Source: Octopus vulgaris
Lineage: Eukaryota
NCBI GenBank assembly: GCA_951406725.2
Contig: OX597835.1
Coordinates: forward strand, 7,750,001-7,814,000
Length of the DNA: 64,000 bases
Reading direction: 5' to 3'
The position numbers and the translations under genes are program-made. Shown piece after piece: positions 1 through 12,925 of the stretch (the first letter of the stretch is position 1; every line of letters begins with the position of its first letter). The notes beneath the pieces are model-generated. The model saw nothing but the letters and a program-made list of their open reading frames with translations. It had not been told where the DNA came from and ran no database searches.

Positions 1-765
1 GGTTGAATAGCTAAAAAATTCGCTTCATAATCACATCGTTTCAGGTTCAATCTTAATGCACAACAATTTGCGCAAGTATCACCTTCTGTATTCCTGGACA
101 GACTAATACATTGCGAATGAATTTTGTGGGGCGAAATTGCTAGGAGAGCGGGATGCTTATGTATGTGTGTGTGTCTGTGTATGTGATGTGAGTGAGGTGT
201 CCTTGTGTATGTGTTCGTCTCACACAGTTTGACTACTGAACAACATTTGATGCCTGCATTTTACCTGCCTTTGATGCCTCTCCACTTTACCACTCGACAG
301 ATTAAATTTAGCGAAACCTTATTTCGGGACTGTCTCTAGACATGTTCATTCAACCGTGCCAGCCTTGATTTTCGGCGCAAAAAATACAGTCACATGATAT
401 TAATGCGCGAACGTAGTAGGGAACCTACAAAAATTTCCAAAATTACTAGTAATTCCTTATCACCTTTCATACCAACAAGCTCCCTTCCGGTCTTACCACA
501 AATTCGTCTCGCTCACTCACTACATCTCTCCGTTTCTGTGAGTATTCCCTCACTCATTTCCGGCCCCAACCAAATATTTTCTCCTTTTTCACACCTGCAG
601 GCTATTGCTTGAACACTAGCCTCCGTCGAAGTGACTTAACTCAATTTTTTTCCTCACTCCTCACCACGACAAACTTATCGACATTCAACAGAATTTCTCG
701 GATTTAAACATGTACCTCACGAAGTCTGCATAAAATAAATACATTGCCTTAACTTCGTAGAGAAC

Positions 766-807
<42 letters not shown>

Positions 808-948
808 GAGAGAGAGAGAGAGAGACAGGAAGAGACAGACAGACAGAAAAAGAGAGAGAGACAGAGTGAGAAAGAGAGAGGGAAAGAGAGAAATACTGCT
901 AAGCATTTCGCCCGTCGCGGCTAACGATTCTGCCAGCTCGCCGCCTGA

Positions 949-1055
<107 letters not shown>

Positions 1056-1080
1056 ATATATATATATATATATACGTTTA

Positions 1081-1159
<79 letters not shown>

Positions 1160-1353
1160 CATATACATATATATATATATGTATATATATGTATGTATGT
1201 ATGCATGTATGTATGTATATCCATACAGTTTCAAAATATGAAGATTGGATCAGTGCCCCTTACCCATCCCTTTCTCAACAGAGCAATTATGATATTTTGT
1301 GTTGTAAAACCCGATTTGCATTGTATTAATTTATCATTTCTTTAAAATTTCAG

Positions 1354-1490
1354 CTCTTAAATTAGACCCAATGTCAAAGGTAATAGGGTACTTGAAGAAG
1401 AACCAGATCAGACCAATGGAATTACTGCGCTCCTTTGATAAACCTTTGGACTGGTCTATGAGTTCATCGTCATTTGTGGAAAGACTTAAG
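1354..1490 (+). CDS. LRRC74: Internal coding exon of an LRRC74-like gene (EF-hand-like C-terminal region): LKLDPMSKVIGYLKKNQIRPMELLRSFDKPLDWSMSSSSFVERLK
   Basis: Acceptor aaatttcag| at 1353 and donor |gtatag at 1491; 137 nt, open, phase 1 to phase 0. The DPM..YL...R..EL.R.FDK......F..RLK pattern resembles the LRRC74A/B C-terminus, recalled from family knowledge (EFCAB12-like not excluded). Upstream exons lie outside the window or were not recognised. Confidence 0.7.
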
Positions 1491-1525
1491 GTATAGTTAT
1501 TGTGTTCCTACTTATCTACCCACGT

Positions 1526-1822
1526 GATGGTGACCCCCTTCGGTCAGACACTGACCATGGGTTTGCACCTAGAGAGTTACCCTCTGAGGCACAAGTCTGG
1601 GCAAGGTTGTTTTTTTATGGAAGACCAGCAGTCGCCCATGCATACCGGCCTCCCTTCTCCACGTCACCGATGTTGTCCAAGGGAAAGGCAAGGGCCGATA
1701 CAGCTTGGCACCTGTGACGTCGCAACTCATTTCTACAGCTGAGTGAACTGGAGCAACGTGAAATAAAGTGTCTTGCTCAAGAACACAACACGCAGCCCGG
1801 TCCGGGATTCGAGCTCACAACC
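1526..1822 (-). mobile_element. SINE family D (tRNA-derived, CORE/V/Meta-like central domain), 5'-truncated
   Basis: Reverse complement matches 36334-36667 (TTCTTGAGCAAG.CACTTTATTTCACGTTGCTCCAGTTCACTCAGCTGTAGAAATGAG). Confidence 0.8.
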
Positions 1823-1959
1823 CACGTACATACTTACCTGCCAATGTACCTACATACCTATCTATTACTACACAACTATCATCGTTTATGAATTACTCAA
1901 ACACAGACACACACATCTATCTACAAATTATATATGTGTGTGTGTGTGTGTCTATGTTC

Positions 1960-2137
1960 CCCCCTCCATTGTTGGTGTGTTTACGTCTCCGTAACTTAGC
2001 GGTTCGGCAAAAAGAGACCGATAGAATAAGTACTAGGCTTGCAAAGAATAAGTCTTGGGGTCGATTTGTTCGACTAATGGCGATGTTCCAGCATGGCCGC
2101 AGTCAAGTGATCGAAACATGAAAAAGAATAAAAGAAT
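1960..2137 (+). mobile_element. SINE family B, 3' half
   Basis: Matches the 3' half of 61049-61467 (CTTAGCGGTTCGGCAAAA...CAGCATGGCCGCAGTC). Confidence 0.75.
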
Positions 2138-2192
2138 ATTTATGCATATCAGCGTGCTGTTCTGGATCAAGTGGAGGACCTACTTCTGGATC

Positions 2193-2557
2193 AAGTGGTT
2201 AGGGCAGCGGACTCGCGGTCGTAGGATCGCGGTTTCGATTCCCAGACCGGGCGTTGTGAGTGTTTATTGAGCGAAAACACCTACAGCTTCACAAGGCTCC
2301 TGTAGGGGGTGGTGGTGAACCCTGCTGTACTCTTTCACCACAACTTTCTCTCACTCTTTCTTCCTGTTGCTGCTGTACCTGTATTTCAAAGGGCCGGCCT
2401 TTTCACTCTCTGTGTCACGCTGAATATCCCCGAGAACTACGTTAAGGGTACACGTGTCTGTGGAGTGCTCAGCCACTTGCACGTTAATTCCACGAGCAAG
2501 CTGTTCCGTTGATCATATCATCTGGGACCCTCATCGTCGTAACCGACGGAATCCTCC
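2193..2557 (+). mobile_element. SINE family A (tRNA-Arg-like head, about 385 bp), slightly 5'-truncated
   Basis: Near-identical to eight other copies in the window; flanked by a 39-bp imperfect duplication. Confidence 0.85.
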
Positions 2558-3214
2558 TATCTATATATATCAGCGTGCTTTTCTGGTTCAAGTGGAGGGC
2601 CTACTGAATGAATTACTGTATGAAGTGTGAACTGTCTCAGATCTATTTACGCTTAAAGTATTTATGCACAGCAGCGAGCTGTAAGTGTTACATTGAATCA
2701 CCGGCGCAATCACACTTCACTCATAAGGCTTGAAAATAACCGAGACTTTAGCCACATTATTCCTCTCTAAAGTGGTCTGATCTTCGCCGTTTCATTGTCT
2801 GAAATGCGTTGCTCTTCTCGGGGTTAACACAATCGGGTCATTATCAATTGATACGTTTTAGTGTTAAGTAAAGACGTTGGTAATTTTTCTTCTATGTCTC
2901 TATCAAATATCGGTACATTGTGGGAATATACTTAGAATTATATGTTGACAACATCTCAGATATGTAGATATCTGACATAGAAATTGCTATACAAATGCAT
3001 GCACACACACACATACATACATACATACATACATACATACATACATACATACATACATACATACATAATACATACATACATACACACACACACATACATA
3101 CATACATAATACATACATACAGACAGACACACACATACATACATACATACATAATACATACATACATACATATATATATATATACATACAGACATACACA
3201 CACATATATATAGG

Positions 3215-3345
3215 GAGAGTTACGAAAAAAAAAAGACGAAGACAGGTGGTGTACAAAACAAACAGATGTATTAGTATGACGCTCAGGAATAGAAAAAGTC
3301 TTTTACATTTCGAGCCTACGCTCTTTTACGGAAATGGACACAGGA
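3215..3345 (-). mobile_element. Penelope-like terminal-repeat fragment with a degenerate hammerhead-like motif
   Basis: Homologous to 47320-47460; carries AAGAGCGTAGGCTCGAAATGTAAAAG on the - strand. Confidence 0.5.
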
Positions 3346-3559
3346 AAAAAAAATTATATACATATATATACGTATATGTGTATATATGTATATACACATA
3401 CACATACATATATATATGTATATATGTATGTATGTATGTATATGTATGTAGATCTAATGCTGATTGTTAGGATGAATATAAACGTGTGTATGTACAGGAT
3501 ATTCGAGTACAGCAAAAAATATTTTGAAGCACTTATAAATTTAGACTTGTTTCTTCCAG

Positions 3560-3657
3560 ATGTGTGATACGGAACTGTACAAATATGAGATACGTCTAGT
3601 AACAAAGGATATCGAACATCGCAAGGGGTCTGAAGAATCACATGGAATAGACTACAG
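3560..3657 (+). CDS. LRRC74: Penultimate coding exon of the same gene: MCDTELYKYEIRLVTKDIEHRKGSEESHGIDY(R)
   Basis: Acceptor tttcttccag| at 3559 and donor |gtctgt at 3658; 98 nt, phase 0 to phase 2, compatible with both neighbouring exons. GIDYR resembles the end of an EF-hand loop. Confidence 0.7.
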
Positions 3658-3929
3658 GTCTGTATGTTAACTTATAAAGAAAGAAATATCAAAATACTAT
3701 AAATAAATCTAGAGAAAAATTGTGTAACATTCGCTGCCACAAATGCACTAACATAAACATCCGTATATACTCGGATTTCATATATAAATAAATAGTTATA
3801 TGCATTTTTTTTGCAATTTTCTTAATCGTTGGTATTTTATTGTTATTTTGATTTCAATATTTCTATTATATGTAATTTTCTAGATGGTGTAATTTAATTG
3901 TTCATTTTGAATTGATAAAAGGTGTTTTA

Positions 3930-3982
<53 letters not shown>

Positions 3983-4123
3983 CGAAATAAGCAACAGGAT
4001 ATCAAATAGTGATGCAGAACGACTCCATTTATTCGAACAATGCAATCTTTACATCAATTTAAATGCAGTGCTATCATCAGCTGCACAAACAAATAAATAT
4101 AATTTTAACTGTTGGACATATTA

Positions 4124-4220
<97 letters not shown>

Positions 4221-4267
4221 CATATGTATGTATATATGTAAAATTCGAATATATTTAATTATTGCAG

Positions 4268-4556
4268 GAAACTTACCAATTCGATTGCCGATCACATGGA
4301 GCATCTACGCCAGAGAAGACAAACGGAACTACGTAAAGAGAGAATAGAAGAGCTTTATCATCAAAGAATTCTGAAGGAGGATGTTTTGATAGATGACACC
4401 CATACAAGTCCCAGGTCAATATTACCAATGAAAGCCATGGACAAACTGAATCTTAATCATGGTAAATCTACGGATATAACAGCTATTGTGCAAAACAATG
4501 GTTATAAAAGAAGAAAGAAAAAGAAATATCAAATAATTGGTAAAGGTAAATTCTGA
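4268..4556 (+). CDS. LRRC74: Probable terminal coding exon of the same gene: (R)[33 protein letters not shown]...GKGKF*
   Basis: Acceptor ttattgcag| at 4267; its first G completes the AG+G Arg codon from the previous exon. The frame is open to TGA at 4554-4556 and AATAAA follows at about 4609. An internal donor (gtaaat at about 4462 or 4546) cannot be excluded. Confidence 0.65.
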
Positions 4557-4608
4557 ATAACAAAAACAAGAGATGACCAAACAAAACTCTATAATACAGA
4601 ATTCATTC

Positions 4609-4614
4609 AATAAA
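4609..4614 (+). promoter_or_regulatory. Candidate polyadenylation signal (AATAAA) of the LRRC74-like gene
   Basis: AATAAA about 50 nt after the stop codon, with a second copy at about 4626. The AT-rich background lowers specificity. Confidence 0.35.
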
Positions 4615-4727
4615 GCATTTAAAAAAATAAACGGCATTGTAATATTCCCATTTTTATATATATAGTTATATAATACACATACAGGCATACATGTACAAGT
4701 ACATCTAATATATATGTATATACTTAC

Positions 4728-5260
4728 CAGGAGTGGCTGTGTGGTAAGTAACTTGCTAACCAACCACATGGTTCCGGGTTCAGTCCCACTGCGTGGCATC
4801 TTGGGCAAGTGTCTTCTGCTATAGCCCCGGGCCGACCAATGTCTTGTGAGTGGATTCGGTAGACGGAAACTGAAAGAAGCCTGTCGTATATATGTATATA
4901 TATATATATGTGTGTATGTGTTTGTGTGTCTGTGTTTGTCCTCCTAGCATTGCTTGACAACCGATGCTTGTGAGTGGATTTGGTAGGCGGAAACTGAAAG
5001 AAGCCTGTCGTATATATGTATATATATGTATATGTGTGTGTTTGTGTGTCTGTGTTTGTTCCCCTAACATTGCTTGACAACCGATGCTGGTGTGTTTACG
5101 TCCCTGTAACTTAGCGGTTCGGCAAAAAGATACCGATAGAATAAGTACTGGGCTTACAAAAATAATAAGTCCCGGGGTCGAGTTGCTCGACTAAAGGCGG
5201 TGCTCCAGCATGGCCGCAGTCAAATGACTGAAACAAGTAAAAGAGTAAAAGAGTAAAGAG
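4728..5260 (+). mobile_element. SINE family B (tRNA-like head, CORE-like CTTGGGCAAGTGTCTT, internal TA/TG microsatellite, GTAAAAGA tail) with an internal duplication
   Basis: Multi-copy in the window; the segment at about 4846-4968 is repeated at about 4969-5088. Confidence 0.85.
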
Positions 5261-6209
5261 TATAATTAGGCCGCCCCCGCCCCTCCGCCTTTTGCTGACA
5301 CATATGACAGATGAGATTAAAAACAAAGCCAATGGCAAGAGTGTTTTCAATACAGAAAGTGAAGTGGCTGAGTACCTCCAAGCTTTTAATCCGGCTCCTA
5401 TTGATACACTTGTGTGCTTCTGAATGTTATACGTCCAGGAGACACCTTTTCATGCAGCTATTGCAGCTTTCTTACAAAATAAGGTGAAGTAAGACATACA
5501 AACTGCAATACACACACACACACACACACACAGATAGAGAGAGGGGGGGGAGAAGGCATTTCCCTGATCTCTTGTTGAAATGTCCAGCAAAATGGTGCAC
5601 TTCATTGCGTTTGAGTGACAGCGAATGTTTATTGACTACATTTCATTCGCTGCAAACCACTTAAGTTTCATATCAGAACAAAAATATCGTCGAATTTATA
5701 CTGCAAACAGCAGTAGGGTGTTACGAGCATCTGACGGAAAATTCTATATGTCCACGCGAAGCGGGATAACACAATTATTTGAACACAGAAGTTGCTTCCC
5801 TTGAAACATTCTTCAAGAAGAATACTTTCATCTAATATACTGTATATATATATATATATATATAATTGTATATATAATTGTTAAAAGGACAACAAACACT
5901 AAAGACAAGACAAACATCTCATGTCGTACACGTTATTATTGGAAAATTTTAAATATGAAGGGTTTAGATTAAGGAAAATATGGCATAAAAGACTGTAGAA
6001 AAAGAATAAAGAAATGAAGAAAAATAAGAAAAAAGTATATAAGTTCACAGTTAAACTTTCCTAACGTGTAGATGTAAATCCACAAGTCCTTAGGTGCACT
6101 CCTATGTAAATCCATGTATGGCTATAGCTTTCATAAGGTAAAATCCAGGGATAAACGCAATCATGTCATCGTTCCCTTGGTCTATACCCTTCACATTTTC
6201 GCTATTTGT

Positions 6210-6405
6210 GTCCGATAACGGAATATCCCATATTTTGAGATGTCCCCCAAAACAGCTGTAAGACTTTATATGTTTCCAGTAATAATAACGTTTATGGCTC
6301 CAGATAGTTGTCTTGCGTTTGTTGTCTTCTTTAACAATTGCATATCTGCTATGTCGGAAATCTACGATAACTCCCGTCATGGCTATGAGCTTGGATCCCT
6401 GGTAA
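6210..6405 (-). repeat. Unclassified dispersed repeat; inverted copy at 9258-9452
   Basis: About 195 bp of strong similarity; both copies translate as YQGSKLIAMTGVIVDFRHSRYAIVKEDNKRKTT. Confidence 0.7.
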
Positions 6406-6464
6406 TCTGTCACACCACTTACCAATCGTACCTAGTTGCTTAGATCACCTGTTAACTAAACCCC

Positions 6465-6763
6465 CATATATATGCAAATATATGGGAAACTACCACCTGT
6501 GTCATCTCTTGTGAAAGGTAAGAGAGTCCAGTTTGCTGGACATTGTTGTAGAGCTGAAAAAGAGGTAATTTCTACTCTCCTCCTCTGGAAGACATCTACT
6601 CGCGATACCAGAGGGCGCACACTCTCCTACCCTGATGTAATCTCCAGGGATACAGGCATCCAGCAACAGGACCTCCGTAATGCCATGACGGACCGTGAAG
6701 TCTGGCGTAGCATGGTAAATTCCATTGTCTCGACCACGGTCGAACAATGATGATGATGATGAT
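6465..6763 (+). mobile_element. 3' end of an RTE-group non-LTR retrotransposon with a (TGA)n tail
   Basis: ORF 6472-6750 has the R..FAGHC.R....S.LLLW......GR....Y...I.RD.......AM.DR..WR C-terminal motif of RTE-group ORF2; a second copy lies at 33130-33290. Confidence 0.8.
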
Positions 6764-6780
6764 GTATGTATGCGTGTGTG

Positions 6781-6830
<50 letters not shown>

Positions 6831-7403
6831 TTATGTATGTATTTGTGTATGCATTTACTTGTATGTGTATGTGCGTGCGAGTGTGTTTCTATGTGTTTAT
6901 TCACCACCTCTGCTTGACAATCGGTGTTGGCGTGTTTACATCCCTGTAAGAAACAGTCCTGCTAAAGAAACCAATTGAATAAGTACAAAGCTTTAAAATA
7001 AAAGGTACTAGAGTCGATTCGCTCGACCAAAATTCCCCCAAGGCGGTTGCTCCAGCATTGTCGAACTAAAATATCTGAAACATGTAAAACATAAAAAATA
7101 TAAGCAATAAAATCGGAATAAAATGAACTTATATTACACGTCTACAGAATAATTACTTGAGAAAGTATTACGGGAGTTACCTCCCTTGACCCATTGCTTA
7201 TATTATAGTCTGGCCATGTTTGATTAAACTAGAATGAGTTATTTCCCTTCTATACATTTGCAAGTTTCCAAGTGTTAATGGCTAAATTTCATAAGGCTAA
7301 CACAAAACAGACATCTTTAAATAATTAGTCCTTCTACTTTAGCCATCTTTGTCAGCAAAAATATTGAAACTACAGTGAAGACTTAATTACACTTTTCGGA
7401 GGT

Positions 7404-7790
7404 GGAGGTGCAATGGCCCAGTGGTTAGGGCAGCGGACTCGCGGTCATAGAATCGCGGTTTCGATTCCCAGACCGGGCGTTGTGAGTGTTTATTGAGCGA
7501 AAACACCTAAAAGCTCCACGAGGCTCCGGCAGGGGATGGTGGTGATCCCTGCTGTACTCTTTCACCACAAACTTTCTCTCACTCTTACTTCCTGTTTCTG
7601 TTGTACCTGTATTTCAAAGGGCCGGCCTTGCCACTCTCTGTGTCACGCTGAATATCCCCGAGAACTACGTTCAGGGTACACGTGTCTGTGGAGTGCTCAG
7701 CCACTTACACGTTAATTTCACGAGCAGGCTGTTCCGTTGATTCGGATCAACCGGAACCCTCGTCGTCGTAACTGACGGAGTGCTTCCCCC
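7404..7790 (+). mobile_element. SINE family A, full length, 14-bp TSD
   Basis: A/B-box tRNA-like head; TSD tacacttttcggag at 7388-7401 and 7795-7808. Confidence 0.9.
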
Positions 7791-7835
7791 CACCTACACT
7801 TTTCGGAGCACCGAGAGCAAAAAGTTACGGGGTCC

Positions 7836-8080
7836 TAAACACACCAGCATCGGTTGTCAAGCAATGCTAGGGGGACAAACACAGACACACAAACACATAC
7901 ACACACATATATATATATACATATATACGACAGGCTTCTTTCAGTTTCCGTCTACCGAATCCACTCACAAGACATTGGTCGGCCCGGGGCTATAGCAGAA
8001 GACACTTGCCCAAGCTGCCACGCAGTGGGACTGCAACCGGAACCATGTGGTTGGTTAGCAAGCTATTTACCACACAGCCA
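7836..8080 (-). mobile_element. SINE family B, partial
   Basis: Reverse complement of the family B 5' and central part. Confidence 0.8.
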
Positions 8081-8199
8081 AGTTTGCTTCGTAATCACAT
8101 GATTCCGTGCAGTCGAATTTGATGACACAGAGTTGTACGATGAGCGATTGATGTCTACTCTAGCCTGGAGCGAAATTTCATGGATGAAAAGAGAGAGAG

Positions 8200-9140
8200 G
8201 GAAACAGTTTCTAAAAATGTAGGTCTCGGATACATTTTTATTTGTATTATGAAGGTTGGACAGTTCCCGTGACGCCTTTCCCAGGCATCGACACTGGACG
8301 CTGAGATACCAGATTGGCTGATGGTCGCATGGATTACTCTTATTATCCCCAAGGACAAAAAAGACCCATGTGACCAAAAACCATAGGCCAATAAAGATGT
8401 CATGCAGCATGGTTAAACGACATGTGAAGTGAGTACTGAGGAAAATCAATTGAGAGAGACCTGATAGTAGGCTACTGGTACAAAAAGCTCAAGTACTACA
8501 GGGAAATTACTATGGACCTCTTTAAAATAAAAAAAAAAAACAACAAAAGACGCTGAGATACCAGATTGGCTGACGGTCGCATGGACTACTCTTATCCCCA
8601 AGGACAAAAAAGACCCAAAACTATGTGACCAAAAACTATAGGCCCATAAAATGCCTAAATGTTACGTATAAACTGTTCACAGGTTGTTTGAATAAGTTTC
8701 TCCAAGACCCCCCCCCCAAACAAAAACAAATAGTGTGATAACAGATGAACAGGCAGGAGGAAGGAAAGGAGACTGGAGCTGTGCTTGACCGCCCCTCCCC
8801 AGCAGAGCTGCTCTTAAGGAAGCCAAGCAACATCGTCATAATTTCCTAACGATATGGCTAGATTAAAAGAATGCGTTAGTCTCTGTGCCTCGTTCATGGC
8901 TGATAGAACCACTAAATCTTGTCAAAGTACCAGCTGCTATTGTGAATGGCATTGGAAGACTGACTGCAATTTGGTCCACACAGTTAGCACTGACAACTAC
9001 CAAAGCAAATAGCTAGTGTTACAAACAGAATCAAGCTATCAACAGACACATTTCAGGGCGATAGTTTATCTGTAATGCTGTTTGTATTGACTGTGGATCC
9101 TTTGTCAACCCTGTTAACAAAATGCCACGGCTACATGCAG
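8200..9140 (+). mobile_element. Decayed reverse-transcriptase fragment of a Dong/R4-like non-LTR retrotransposon
   Basis: Frameshifted motifs IPDWL..TLIPKD..NYRPIKCL..YKLFTG, SVPRSWLIE and FQGDSLSVMLFVL; 8297-8400 is locally duplicated at about 8549-8650. Confidence 0.7.
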
Positions 9141-9257
9141 AGGTGCGCAGAAAAGAATAAAGTTAATGTTAGCCACATATTTTTTTGTTGCTGATCGTAA
9201 ATTATATTCTGGTAATATGACCAGCATCAAGAGAACAATACTCACGAGATATAAGAA

Positions 9258-9452
9258 TTACCAGGGCTCCAAGCTCATAGCCATGACGGGAGTTATTGTA
9301 GATTTCCGACATAGCAGATATGCAATTGTTAAAGAAGACAACAAACGCAAGACAACCATCTCAAGCCATCTACGGTATTATTACTGGAAAAGTTTTAAGT
9401 CTTACAGCTGTTTGGTGGGACATCTCAAAATATGGGATATTCCGTTATCGGA
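9258..9452 (+). repeat. Unclassified dispersed repeat; inverted copy of 6210-6405
   Basis: Direct sequence comparison with 6210-6405. Confidence 0.7.
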
Positions 9453-10746
9453 CATGATAGTCAACCGAGGAAACATTATCGACCAGGCAGAGAACATGAA
9501 CATCAATGGCATGTCTCTCTCTCTCTCTCCCCTTTCTCTAATTATGAAAGCTACAAGTACTTCGAAATCGATGAGAATGTTGCATACATTAGTGCTGAGA
9601 CAGAATCCAGAATAACAACATAGTACTTCTGAAGACTCCGGAAAATATGGAGCTCAGAGCTCTTAACAAGACCCTATCTCACAATGCTTTTGTAGTGCCA
9701 GAGATAGTACCAACATTTAGCATATTGGACTGGTCACTCGTTGAGATACGCAGCCACGACATCAAAACAGAGTAGAAACTATCACGTCAATTTTGTTTTA
9801 AAGTCTAGCGTGAAAGTGCGTGGCCTCATGGTAGGTCGTACTTTTCGGGTTCGATTCTCGAACCATGCGTTTCATTGTGTCCTTGGGTAAGTCACTTCAT
9901 TTCACATTTTTCTAGCTTACTCACTTAAAATTGAGTTGTCTCTTGTGAAAAGTGGACAGCGTTGAAATGAAATAGAAAATCAACCCCGGTGGCATCTGAA
10001 TTTGGAACCTAAGGGTACTCTATGAAACAACACGTAGCAATTCCACCACAACTTATGCCAATCCGCTGCCTTTTAATTCTCTATATATTGATAACTTGAA
10101 GTCATAGAATGTTGATAAACAGGAATGAATTTTGCTTTAAGACCAACCTCGTATTAAATAAGGTGATATGTTGCACCACTTGGCATCAAATAATACGATT
10201 ATTGTTAGAGAGATCGATATCGTAAATATTCGATTTTCTATAACTTCCATATTCGTCCGATTGCTAATGAATTATCTTGTGCATGATGTCTATATACTTT
10301 TGTTCAAAGGCGAAGTTATGTCGCCATTTCATGTCGTGGCAAACATTCCTCTCACTGCTGTTTCATGCTGTGACAATCGTTCCTGTTAATGCAGACATTT
10401 TCTGCTTACTCTGAAAGATTTCTTTATCAAAGAGTTGATAGAAAGGCGTACAGTAAACGGAAGCAAATCGATGAGAAGTCACTCTTGAATGTTTGACGAT
10501 AATAAGGAAAGACAAATAATAAGGAATGTTTACTGCTCCTGTTAGAAATAACAGTCAAAGATCTCTTGTGAATAACACCTTAAACACAGTTACAAATATA
10601 ATCTTAGATACGTTACTCCTTCCTTGGGCACTCAGCTTCTGGTGGAATCATAGGAGCATCCTCATCACATACAGTGAAGTGCAGGAATTTTAAACTTGGT
10701 AGTTCTCCTCCCACCTTTCTAGGATTGCCCACGGCCAATTTCATTA

Positions 10747-10798
<52 letters not shown>

Positions 10799-10851
10799 GT
10801 TTAAATATTTGTTGTGCAAGATTTTTTATGTGAAGTCGTGTGTTGAAACAG

Positions 10852-11047
10852 ATATTGTTATATTTCGGAATGGTCATTTTGCCAGTTTAGCCAATAAAAA
10901 CAATAAAAGGAGTGTGACGAAAGAGCTCTGGTCGAAATAAGATTAAGATTAATGTAAAAAATAAATAACACTGAAGGAAAATAACACCAAATATATAGTG
11001 CGTGTGTTTTTATTGGCTAAACTGACAAAATGACCATTCCGAAATAT

Positions 11048-11055
<8 letters not shown>
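10852..11055. repeat. Inverted repeat with arms of about 50 bp (10852-10902 and 11005-11055)
   Basis: atattgttatatttcggaatggtcattttg(c/t)cagtttagccaataaaaaca and its reverse complement, about 100 bp apart. Confidence 0.8.
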
Positions 11056-11131
<76 letters not shown>

Positions 11132-12514
11132 TAAAAAAAAGGACGGAAGGAAATGAGAGGGAAGAATCGATGTCAAGACTTTATCATTCTAAGAGTACGA
11201 GCGGCAACGTTGATCTCCGGGATTTGAAATAGAAATTAGAGAGCCGGAACGAATGCCACAAAACATTCTGACCTTTCACCAACTAAGGTTGGCACTAGTA
11301 CTTTACTGGTACTCTCTGTTATCGATCTCGGAAGGACAAAAGACTTCGACGATATTTGGACCTAAAAACCTAGAGCAAATCCTGCAAGACATCTGATTAA
11401 GGATTCTGGCAGTCTATCACACTATATTGGTTTCAAATTTTGGTACAAGGCCAGCAATTTCACGAATGGGGATAAGTCACTTACATCGACCCGAGGGCTC
11501 AGTTGGTAGTTATTTGATCAACTCCAAAATGATGAAAGGTAAATTCGACCCCGGAAGAAATGATCCTAAACACATTTTACAATACGGTAACGATTCTTCT
11601 AGCCTGCCGCCTTAGTCTACCATACTGTACTAGAAATGCTAGTAATAAACCCTGCTTCTTACTTAAACACAAAAAAGAGTGAAGAACAGGATCGTCATGG
11701 TTGGAACGCATTTAATCGTAATCCTGTTTAATCTGGTTTGACCTGATATTATACAACGAATGAAGACCCAATGAAATGGGTGAAATGATAAATATAGCAA
11801 TTGTGTATATTTCTTTTTGAAAATCGATCCAGTGTTTGAACAGATTAAAAGTGTAATAAAAAGAAACTATTAAAGTAAATTAATGACATCAAACTATCAT
11901 CATTGATCTGTCGATTGATAGAAATCAGTATAAAGTCGATATTTTAACAGCAAAGTTGAAAAAGAAAATATACCGAACATGTTTATACAGTTTCTTGTTA
12001 TTAACATTTATGTTGATGGTATAAAATTATTGGCTTTTTTTCTGGAGACTGTTCTTGCTTTCATCTTTCGAATCTACATTCTGTGAGTAAATGAGAAAAC
12101 GTGGGTGTATTTGTGTGGTCTGTTGGTCGGCTTGAAATAGAAGTAATGTTTCATGCATATACAAAATGTGCACTATTTCAAAGCACAGATTGGATATTAA
12201 GATACGCATATATTCATGAAAGTCAGGGTTATCATTATATGTCAACTCTATTAGGATTCCAGCGGCTTTCCACTCTTGAGTTAATATGAGACTTGCGTGC
12301 GATTGTTTGACTTCTCCAAATTATAAGTGATTGCTTTAGTAAATATTTAGATGATGAATTTCTGGATAGACTTTCCTTGGAAATAAGACGTAGTGGTCAT
12401 GTATGGAGAAACTTTGAAGAGGACTGCTTAAAACCTACTTTTTTTCATTTTCCTTTGAAGAACGTTCAGAGTGACAACTGTGTGGAATGCACTGTATATC
12501 CTAAAACACTACTC

Positions 12515-12900
12515 TCTCTTTCTCTTTTACTCTTTTACTTGTTTCAGTCATTTGACTGCGGCCATGCTGGAGCACCGCCTTTCGTCGATCAAATCGACCC
12601 CGGGACTTATTCTTTGTAAGCCCAGTACTTATTCTATCGGTCTTTTTTGCCGAACCGCTAAGTGACGGGGACGTAAACACACCAGCATCGGTTGTCAAGC
12701 AATGCTAGGGGGACAAACACAGACATACAAGCACACACACACACACATATATATATATACGACAGGCTTCTTTCAGTTTCCGTCTACCAAATTCATTCAC
12801 AAGGCATTGGTCGGCCCGGGGCTATAGCAGAAGACACTTGCCCAAGATGCCACACAGAGGGACTGAACCCGCAACCATGTGGTTGGTTAGCAAGCTACTT
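12515..12900 (-). mobile_element. SINE family B, nearly full length
   Basis: Matches the other family B copies. Confidence 0.85.
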
Positions 12901-12925
12901 GTCATGTTGTCTCGTAATTAGGGCT

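Noticed and set aside
394-612. Possible upstream exon of the LRRC74-like gene
   Set aside because: No LRR pattern or phase-compatible splice pair was found; it may be decayed repeat sequence.
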